From a virus, in IMG/VR virus record IMGVR_UViG_3300045988_035404: a stretch of DNA of 45,145 nt; one strand, written 5' to 3'. The notes below the pieces were generated by a model. The model was not told the origin of the DNA. It worked only from the letters and a program-made list of their open reading frames with translations, and did no database searches. A program made the translations under genes and the position numbers. This document shows positions 1 through 6,142 of this stretch, piece after piece (position 1 is the first letter of the stretch; each line of letters starts with the position of its first letter).

Positions 1-55
1 ACTATCGTTATTTTATGGAAATTATAGAGCGTTTTAGTTACATTCATTTCAATCA
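1..55. repeat. Terminal direct repeat copy 1, identical to 45091-45145 (assembly overlap)
   Basis: Exact 55/55 identity read directly. It contains the last 27 nt of the integrase ORF. Confidence 0.95.
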
Positions 56-118
56 AGGTTACTAAAATTCTTGATTTGAGCATAAAAAAGACTTAATAAT
101 ACTTAGCCTTTTTTGAAA

Positions 119-127
119 TGGTATAAT
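119..127 (+). promoter_or_regulatory. Extended -10 promoter TGGTATAAT for the 66-aa gene
   Basis: Exact TGnTATAAT lies 23 nt upstream of the ATG at 150. There is no good -35. Confidence 0.5.
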
Positions 128-149
128 AAAACAAAAAGGAGAAATCGAG

Positions 150-350
150 ATGGATGTTTGTAAACACACGATAGAGATTTATGATGACAAAACCAAAGAT
201 ATAGAAACACTGCTTTTTGCCAATACGAACAGCATAGATACAAGTTGCAATTGGCATTACTCTTGGATGGGACCGAGGTTGAAGTATTGCATGCACTGTG
301 GTAAAAAAATTGTTTACGACACTAAGAAATATGAATACGCGGAAGAATAA
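150..350 (+). CDS. Small Cys-rich (zinc-ribbon-like) protein, 66 aa, stand-alone transcription unit
   Basis: ATG is preceded by an AAAGGAG SD (135-141). The unit has its own promoter and a downstream hairpin plus T-run. Cys at positions 4, 33, 47 and 50 (CxxC). Confidence 0.6.
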   Translation: MDVCKHTIEIYDDKTKDIETLLFANTNSIDTSCNWHYSWMGPRLKYCMHCGKKIVYDTKKYEYAEE

Positions 351-351
351 A

Positions 352-378
352 AGTTAGGGTTGCCACTCTAGCTTTTTT
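352..378 (+). terminator. Intrinsic terminator after the 66-aa gene
   Basis: 8-bp stem AGTTAGGG/CTCTAGCT (two G.U pairs), 6-nt loop, then TTTTTGTTT. Confidence 0.5.
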
Positions 379-508
379 GTTTGGACAAAAAAACTTGGCA
401 GCATGAGCTACCAAGTGGCATGAAAAAAACAAAAACATTGAACGTTAAAGTCCATATATAGTGTACCTCTATTTAGATTAAATGTCTAATGTTATATCGA
501 GAAGACAC

Positions 509-538
509 AAAAAGGCTAGGGTTGTCCTAGCCTTTTTT
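509..538. terminator. Bidirectional intrinsic terminator
   Basis: A5-GGCTAGG-gttgt-CCTAGCC-T6. It is a perfect 7-bp stem with U-runs available on both strands, sitting directly 3' of the 183-aa gene. Confidence 0.7.
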
Positions 539-1088
539 ATCGGATATTTTCTAAATTATTTTCAATCCATTTGAGACGGTTTTGGCGACCAGACGGAATA
601 GGTTCTTGACCTCTTGAATAATCTTTAAACCGCATTTGAAGCATGTAAGAGCCCCCACCTAGCGAGCTAGATTCTAATGCAATTTCTAAATAAGCACTAG
701 AAATCCAGTTCCCGCTTGCCGTATACATTCTACCGGCACCGCCAATGATGTCTTCATGGCTAGTCTCAAGCCATTTAAGGAGTTGTTGTTTCTTAAATTG
801 GTCATAATAAGTATAGAATGCCATATTCATTTTCAAGGAATTATCCAAATAGTATTTATGCTGAGCCTTGCCAATCATAGCAAGCTCAAAATCGTCAAAT
901 AGGCAATCGAGCATGGCGTTCACTCGTGCCGCCCCCATCTTCTCTATAGAGGTGCCCCCGTTTTTGAATTTTTGCCAGTTTGCATCAGTGAATTTGATGC
1001 CTGGCAATTTGTAGAAGTCGTTTTCAAATTTGAAATAGCGTCCTACGTACTCTAAAATCAATTCTTTGATATCGTTGTTGATTTCCAT
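537..1088 (-). CDS. Hypothetical soluble protein, 183 aa; candidate anti-CRISPR (AcrIIA6-like by size and position, unverified recollection)
   Basis: ATG with an AAGGAG SD, 12 nt after the upstream ORF. No TM segment, HTH or catalytic motif recognised. It is the second gene of the insulated moron operon. Confidence 0.85.
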   Translation of the reverse strand: MEINNDIKELILEYVGRYFKFENDFYKLPGIKFTDANWQKFKNGGTSIEKMGAARVNAMLDCLFDDFELAMIGKAQHKYYLDNSLKMNMAFYTYYDQFKKQQLLKWLETSHEDIIGGAGRMYTASGNWISSAYLEIALESSSLGGGSYMLQMRFKDYSRGQEPIPSGRQNRLKWIENNLENIR

Positions 1089-1100
1089 TTTTATTTCTCC

Positions 1101-1436
1101 TTATGCTACTTCCCAGACTTTTTCAGAAATGTAGTAAGTACCGATGTTGGAACCGTCAGCTACCACTTCGATGCCGTAGTAAGCACCTACTTTGTGCATT
1201 ACTTCGTTGAATTTAACCACTTTAGCAGCGTCTAGCACTTCAACCATTGACCATTTGCCAGATTTACGCATTTTAGCTTCAACTGCTTGGAATTTAGCAA
1301 GGCTAGTGTCACTATCTTTGATAGCAGCCCACGCCATTTTCATAGCTCCAGCGATGTATTCAACAGCTTTACCACCGAATTTTTTAGCAGCTTCTTTTGC
1401 GATTCCCCAAGCGTTTTTCATAAGTTCTTTTTTCAT
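1101..1436 (-). CDS. Hypothetical protein, 111 aa (Ala/Lys-rich helical N-terminus, beta-rich C-terminus); first gene of the moron operon
   Basis: ATG with a GGGAG SD, 34 nt downstream of a consensus promoter. No family recognised. Confidence 0.85.
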   Translation of the reverse strand: MKKELMKNAWGIAKEAAKKFGGKAVEYIAGAMKMAWAAIKDSDTSLAKFQAVEAKMRKSGKWSMVEVLDAAKVVKFNEVMHKVGAYYGIEVVADGSNIGTYYISEKVWEVA

Positions 1437-1469
1437 GGTTCTTACTCCCTTTCTTTATCTTGCATGTAT

Positions 1470-1498
1470 AGTATATATCATACATGATAGTTTGTCAA
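1470..1498 (-). promoter_or_regulatory. SigmaA-type promoter TTGACA-17-TATACT of the moron operon, with an overlapping inverted repeat
   Basis: -35 at 1498..1493 and -10 at 1475..1470. The 7-bp inverted repeat CATGTAT/ATACATG (1463-1469 and 1480-1486) straddles the -10. Confidence 0.65.
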
Positions 1499-1534
1499 CG
1501 CTTTTGATAAAGAAATTTAGTTTTTTTGCAAAAT

Positions 1535-1614
1535 AAAAAACCCCGACTAAAAGCCGGGGGCAGTTCGAGAATTTTCATCGAAAGACGCCAAGTATTCCAA
1601 TGACTATAGTATCA
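1535..1614 (-). ncRNA. Candidate mini transcription unit 3 (TGATACTAT -10, ~65 nt, terminator)
   Basis: -10-like element at 1614..1606. Terminator is CCCCG/CGGGG stem (1541-1559) plus a U6 run (1540..1535). No ORF with an SD. Confidence 0.3.
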
Positions 1615-1638
1615 CTTATCACATAGATTGGCAAATAT

Positions 1639-1698
1639 AAAAAAGAGCTATGAGATACCCTCGTAGCTCTTTGCCTATGATGGATATTCATTATAGCA
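1639..1698 (-). ncRNA. Candidate mini transcription unit 2 (TGCTATAAT, ~45 nt, terminator)
   Basis: Exact extended -10 at 1698..1690. Stem AAGAGCTA/TAGCTCTT (1643-1671) is followed by U6 on the minus strand only. Confidence 0.3.
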
Positions 1699-1700
1699 CA

Positions 1701-1763
1701 AAAAATAAAAAAACGCACCAGACCCCGTAGAGTTACTGGCACTTTCCTAGATATATTATACCA
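1701..1763 (-). ncRNA. Candidate mini transcription unit 1 (TGGTATAAT, ~48 nt, terminator)
   Basis: Exact extended -10 at 1763..1755. The stem GUGCCAG/CUGGUGC (1715-1742) pairs only as minus-strand RNA (two G.U pairs) and is followed by U7AU5. Confidence 0.3.
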
Positions 1764-1766
1764 AAT

Positions 1767-1793
1767 AAAAAAGCCCCAGCAAAATGCTGAGGC
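1767..1793 (-). terminator. Intrinsic terminator of the late/lysis transcript
   Basis: Stem GCCUCAGC/GCUGGGGC (one G.U pair), 5-nt loop, U6AUUU. It lies about 85 nt after the lysin stop. Confidence 0.6.
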
Positions 1794-1879
1794 TTCGACC
1801 ACTACTGCCATGATATCCCTATTGCAGTGTGAGGGGAGGTGATATACTCCTTTTCGTTTTTTAGTTTTCGTGGTCTGGT

Positions 1880-2626
1880 TTAAGCGAATGAACCGAATGA
1901 CGTTACACGGCGGCCATTCTCTGATTGTCCGACTGCGACATAGCGACGATTTCCAGACCCGCCAATGTAGCTAATCCAGATATAGCCGTCAACGTCACAC
2001 CAGCCGTCATAGTTGATAGTTTCACCAGCTCCATAGACTGCCACGATTTCTGCGCCTAGACCGGCACCAGCTCGAACATTAAGAGCTGATACTTCAACCG
2101 TAAATGTCCCGGTTTCCTCGTTGATAGTAATTATACCATCAAACGGGGTTGGGGTTGGTGCAGGGGATTGTGGTTGATTGTCTGTTGGGAAATAGAACCA
2201 GCCCACAATACCGTCAAAATTGCGTGTATTGTAGCGAGCAGGGCCACCAACGTATAAACTATCAGCGTTGCCGTCAATATTCTGCTCGATGGTTCGCATG
2301 GTGTAGCCGTCTGAATCTTCGATAACCAGACCAGTGTGGCCGTAAGGATGGCCGTAGATGTAAATAGTATCCATGACGAATACAGCGCCACGACGTGGAC
2401 GGCTGTCGAGGTTGCCTTCTTGGTTATACTCAACCTCATAGCCTGCTGCTGCCGCTGAGTTGAGCAAGTCAATAGCGTTTCCCCAAAGAGCTCGACCAAA
2501 GAAGTTGATTGAGATAGAGTTAGGCAGGTCAACACACTGTGTTCCCCACGATCCATCTGCATCAGTACCGACACCAGCGTCAGCTAGATTTTCTGCGAAT
2601 AGAATGATGTCATTATCTGTTGCCAT
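1880..2626 (-). CDS. Endolysin, N-terminal CHAP domain plus C-terminal SH3b (SH3_5) cell-wall-binding domain
   Basis: GTQCVDL (Cys) and YGHTGLV (His) CHAP signature. The C-terminus YIWISYIGGSGNRRYVAVG resembles streptococcal phage lysin SH3b domains. AAGGAGG SD. Confidence 0.9.
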   Translation of the reverse strand: MATDNDIILFAENLADAGVGTDADGSWGTQCVDLPNSISINFFGRALWGNAIDLLNSAAAAGYEVEYNQEGNLDSRPRRGAVFVMDTIYIYGHPYGHTGLVIEDSDGYTMRTIEQNIDGNADSLYVGGPARYNTRNFDGIVGWFYFPTDNQPQSPAPTPTPFDGIITINEETGTFTVEVSALNVRAGAGLGAEIVAVYGAGETINYDGWCDVDGYIWISYIGGSGNRRYVAVGQSENGRRVTSFGSFA

Positions 2627-2639
2627 ATAGTAGGCCTCC

Positions 2640-4031
2640 TTAAATTAGTTTCGTCCAACCGCTAGGCACGGCTGGGTTAGTAGTTAAATAGTTGGCATGC
2701 CCGAAACATGCCCCGTTGGTATCCATGCCAGAACCTCTAAACGTGAGCTTACCACTGGCGTTAGCGACCAGAAATGGCGCATACCCTTGCTTAGAACTGT
2801 ACTTAGTGAATGGAATGGTTAGGTTTCCAGCGTAGTCTAGCAAGCTTTCTGGCCATGTTTCTGTCGCTTCATCCTTATCAGTCTCGGTTGAGCTACTGAT
2901 ATATTCATTGACCTTGATTGAGATATCAATAGCATTGCCATAGACGGCCATTTTAGCCGTTACCTTGCCTTTAAATAAGGCTGGCAAGTATTCGTCTGGA
3001 ATCTTATAGACAGCCATTTCTGGGGCTGATACGGTGCTTGTGGGCACGCCCGTAGTCTCTAGTTTAGAAACTCGGTCAGCAATTGCTTGACGCTTAAACA
3101 CCCAGTCACGCATGGCTTCTTGCAACCAAGGCGCTGCTGGATTGCCATAGCTCGGATTGTCAACCAGATAGAGATGCCCAACGTGTTCCTTGTCAGCTTT
3201 AGCCAATACTTGCTTGTAATTGTCTTTGGTGACATTGTAAATGCAATGCCAGAATTTAGTCGAATTCTCACGCTTGCAATAATCGGGCGTAATCTCACGC
3301 TCAAGGTACTTATCCGCTGAGCTTTCAAAATTCATGAAGACGTCAGCACTGTCAAGCAATTCCTCGACCACGTTAGAGCCTGGATTGGCCACGATAGTAG
3401 TATCAACGCCCTCGAATTTCTTGAAATACTGATTTAATTCCTTGTATTTCGGAATTAAGCTAGCTTGCTCAGAGTAGCCGTTGATAGTTTCATCGAAAAA
3501 TATACCGTCAATCAGGTTTGGCATGTCCTGCTTGTATTTGCGGTAACGACCTAGCAAATCGTCCTTATCAAAATTCCCATAGCCCGTTGGGAGATAGATT
3601 AGGACACTAGCCCCAACCGCTTTAGCACGTTTGGCTTGCTCGATATGCTCTGGTTGGACTGCACCCCTACCGCTATCAACATTGATGATAACGAAACCGA
3701 TATTATCCTTGATAGTCACTGCTTGATTCCATTTAGAATCGGCTTTGTGATAATCCGGATACCAGTAAGAGATGGGACTGATTCGACGTTCACCAGCGTT
3801 TGGATTGTCGATTTTATTTTTTAACTCTTCAATTTCCTTTGTAGGTAATTGAGATTTTAACACAAATGGGTCTGGCATCCATGCACGTGCTTCTACAACA
3901 TGAGTCACAAAGTTATCGTATGTTGGAAATAACGAATACGCGGTTTGTGTAGTCAACGATGAAGATTGTTTATCTTTAATTTCTTTAATATCAGCCCCAA
4001 CCGCTTGAGCAAATTCTGTGAACTTACTCAT
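2640..4031 (-). CDS. Fibre-like protein with a spherulin-4/GH135-like (beta/alpha)8 glycoside hydrolase domain; putative polysaccharide depolymerase
   Basis: The track start at 4040 is GTG, and the ATG at 4031 gives MSKFTEFAQAVGADIKEIK. The motif string VIINVDSGRGA..GASVLIYLPTGYG..IDGIFFDE matches the Spherulin4 (PF12138) pattern as I recall it. Confidence 0.6.
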   Translation of the reverse strand: MSKFTEFAQAVGADIKEIKDKQSSSLTTQTAYSLFPTYDNFVTHVVEARAWMPDPFVLKSQLPTKEIEELKNKIDNPNAGERRISPISYWYPDYHKADSKWNQAVTIKDNIGFVIINVDSGRGAVQPEHIEQAKRAKAVGASVLIYLPTGYGNFDKDDLLGRYRKYKQDMPNLIDGIFFDETINGYSEQASLIPKYKELNQYFKKFEGVDTTIVANPGSNVVEELLDSADVFMNFESSADKYLEREITPDYCKRENSTKFWHCIYNVTKDNYKQVLAKADKEHVGHLYLVDNPSYGNPAAPWLQEAMRDWVFKRQAIADRVSKLETTGVPTSTVSAPEMAVYKIPDEYLPALFKGKVTAKMAVYGNAIDISIKVNEYISSSTETDKDEATETWPESLLDYAGNLTIPFTKYSSKQGYAPFLVANASGKLTFRGSGMDTNGACFGHANYLTTNPAVPSGWTKLI

Positions 4032-4036
4032 AGCGC

Positions 4037-4345
4037 TCACGCTTTCGCAGAATTATATACACTTACAAGGTCTTCTTGCTCGATGGTATCGATACGAGTA
4101 CCCATCTCAATCATTTTAGTAATGATACCGCTCTCTGTATTGCCACCCGCTGCGGTGATTTTATCAGCGATTTCCTTGAGTGTATCAAGTTCTTCTGGTG
4201 CATTACCGATGATGTCAGCTTTCGCTTGCGTGATAGCTTGCGTCAAGCGTTCCTCGCTGACACCAGCCGGCTTGCTGGCAATAGATGCCTTAATCTCCTT
4301 GATGTCAGCACCGACTGCCTGGGCGAAATCACGTAATTTACTCAT
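4037..4345 (-). CDS. Small tail-fibre shaft/adaptor-like protein, 102 aa
   Basis: Contains GNAPEELDTLKEIA, a motif common in phage tail fibres. It shares its N-terminus with the 463-aa protein and its C-terminus with the 149-aa protein. Confidence 0.6.
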   Translation of the reverse strand: MSKLRDFAQAVGADIKEIKASIASKPAGVSEERLTQAITQAKADIIGNAPEELDTLKEIADKITAAGGNTESGIITKMIEMGTRIDTIEQEDLVSVYNSAKA

Positions 4346-4359
4346 TTATAGTTTCCTTT

Positions 4360-4809
4360 CTAAATTTTAGCTAGATTGTAGACATTAACGAGGTCTTCAG
4401 TCGTATCAGTGCCACTGATTAGCCCAGATTCTCGCAATTCATCAGCTAGTAACTTTAATTTAGGGCTCTTGTCCGATGGAATAGCACTGTCAGCGTTTAG
4501 TGAGTTTTTCACTTTAACCTTGAAATTATTAGACGGGAAAATATGCCCATCTAGTTTAATTTCGAGGTAGTAAGTGCCAGTAGCTACCACATTGCCCATC
4601 GAGAACGAGAACACCCCATTCTCGACAGCAACGTCTTGATAAACCGCTATTTTGTCTTTCTTAAAAATCGACACCTTGCCAGTGCCCGTTAAATCCATGC
4701 GGTTTTCGTCAGCGTCTAAAATCTCAAATGAAAAAAGCGAAGAAACATCTCCGCTCTTTAACACATTACCGCCTTTGAGTTGGCGAATTGAGGTCATGAG
4801 TCTAGCCAT
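4360..4809 (-). CDS. BppU-N-like Ig-domain protein, 149 aa (baseplate/fibre anchor-like)
   Basis: The pattern F.F.ILD...DLTG..V...........NGVFSF....V..GTYYLEI....FPS resembles the BppU_N Ig domain. C-terminal motif EDLVNVYNLAKI. Confidence 0.5.
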   Translation of the reverse strand: MARLMTSIRQLKGGNVLKSGDVSSLFSFEILDADENRMDLTGTGKVSIFKKDKIAVYQDVAVENGVFSFSMGNVVATGTYYLEIKLDGHIFPSNNFKVKVKNSLNADSAIPSDKSPKLKLLADELRESGLISGTDTTEDLVNVYNLAKI

Positions 4810-4812
4810 AGA

Positions 4813-5088
4813 CTAGTCCTCGTAAGGTTTAGTGTATGATAGTGCTCGTTCGCTATCACCAAGCCCTTTTGTTGTTGGATCTGGCAACATATTCAAGGCG
4901 TTAACCACTGTCAAACCTACCAAATAAGGGTTTGATAGGAATTTGCCAAACAACCCAAACAGCGCTCCCCAACTTGTGATATCTTCGAATTTGATACCAA
5001 AGTAAGCCAAAATTGGCAGTGCCAAAGCTAGTGCAAAACGTGTTACGAATGTGCGGTTTTTGAAACGAATAGTCCAGTTAATTTTCAT
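4813..5088 (-). CDS. Holin, phage phi LC3-type family
   Basis: MKINWTIRFKNRTF N-terminus, two hydrophobic helices, 91 aa, located in the lysis region. Confidence 0.8.
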   Translation of the reverse strand: MKINWTIRFKNRTFVTRFALALALPILAYFGIKFEDITSWGALFGLFGKFLSNPYLVGLTVVNALNMLPDPTTKGLGDSERALSYTKPYED

Positions 5089-5089
5089 G

Positions 5090-5506
5090 TTAGTTCCTCA
5101 CTTCTAAATTAATGTATTTTTTATAAAGGGCATCAATGTACCCATTGCCACCTAGTTTCTTGTAGCTGGAGTGCATCTTGTGGATCACATCTGAATTATG
5201 AACAGTGGTATATCCACGCTCTAATTCTTTGGAAATGTCACGCTCTAAACGTAGGTACATAGTCACCAAATGCGCTTCATCATGCACAGCTAACTTGTCA
5301 TTTAACTCGTTGATTTTCTCGCCGTTAATTTCTCCTAATTCTTGAACGACTTCAACGGATTGTTGAATGGTGCTTAATTCCCCTTTTAACTCACCAAACT
5401 GCTCTTTGTTTAAGTTCGCTGATTTACTAGCTTTCATCCCAAACCAGCCCGTCGCTACCACACCCACTGTTGGGGCAAGGTGAGCGATTAAATCTGAAAC
5501 ATTCAA
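5090..5506 (-). CDS. Membrane-anchored coiled-coil protein (holin-associated?), 138 aa
   Basis: TTG start with an AGAGG SD. It has an N-terminal TM helix (APTVGVVATGWFGM) and lies immediately upstream of the holin. Confidence 0.5.
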   Translation of the reverse strand: MNVSDLIAHLAPTVGVVATGWFGMKASKSANLNKEQFGELKGELSTIQQSVEVVQELGEINGEKINELNDKLAVHDEAHLVTMYLRLERDISKELERGYTTVHNSDVIHKMHSSYKKLGGNGYIDALYKKYINLEVRN

Positions 5507-5525
5507 TGAGCGATACCTCTTTTAA

Positions 5526-5672
5526 CTATTCTTTTGTCAATTGAGCCAAAAGCTCGTCGTCTTCAACCATGAGAGCGATTTGTTCCTTCACTTTTGGTTT
5601 CAAAACTTTAGGGACTTTTGCGAACGGATAGTATCCAGCAACAATGTTAATTGCAAATAATTTAGCCATCAT
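5526..5672 (-). CDS. Small XkdX-like phage protein, about 48 aa
   Basis: The long track ORF (5744) overlaps the upstream gene. The ATG at 5672 starts just after that gene's stop, and its position matches XkdX-like genes in streptococcal phages. Confidence 0.45.
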   Translation of the reverse strand: MMAKLFAINIVAGYYPFAKVPKVLKPKVKEQIALMVEDDELLAQLTKE

Positions 5673-5697
5673 ATCTTTTTCTCTTTCTATTACTTCT

Positions 5698-6126
5698 TTA
5701 CTTTTCTTCAATTTCAACGATAGACGTTTCAACCAAGTCTTCATCGGTCAATACCTCTTTCTCATATAGTTTTTGAATAATATTGATCAATGTAAGTTGC
5801 GCTGTTCTCGATTGCTCTTGCTGTTTCGTCATTTGCGCTTCCATCTTAGCAATCGTCTCAGCGGCTTTTTTATTTAGAACGTTGTATTCTTTGATTTTTT
5901 CATCAAGCTCATTAAACTTCTCGGTCTCAGCACGTTGTGGGAAATTCTCTTGATAGATCACTTCAAGCGCTGCGTTTAACAGCTCGGTATTTGACAAGTC
6001 GATTTTCTCGACCGGTAAAAAGACGGGAACGATAGCCCCGTCTGTGTTTTTTAAAATCACCTTGGTGGCGGACGCTGCACCACTTGCATCGTACTCTTGA
6101 GATTTTGAAGCGTATTCAAATTTCAT
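5698..6126 (-). CDS. DUF1366-like streptococcal phage protein, 142 aa
   Basis: Size, coiled-coil C-terminus and position after the fibre gene. The family assignment is from memory. Confidence 0.5.
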   Translation of the reverse strand: MKFEYASKSQEYDASGAASATKVILKNTDGAIVPVFLPVEKIDLSNTELLNAALEVIYQENFPQRAETEKFNELDEKIKEYNVLNKKAAETIAKMEAQMTKQQEQSRTAQLTLINIIQKLYEKEVLTDEDLVETSIVEIEEK

Positions 6127-6142
6127 AGATTAACCTTTCTGT

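Noticed and set aside
1-55. The 55-bp terminal direct repeats as attL/attR of an integrated prophage
   Set aside because: The repeat includes the integrase's own 3' coding end and is far longer than serine-recombinase crossover cores. A k=55 assembly overlap explains it better.
1575-1811. 78-aa minus-strand ORF downstream of the lysin
   Set aside because: It runs through three intrinsic terminators and two promoter-like elements, has a poor SD and gives a low-complexity hydrophobic translation. It is probably not coding.
2131-2574. 147-aa ORF inside the endolysin gene
   Set aside because: It is an alternative frame of a clearly recognisable CHAP/SH3b lysin.
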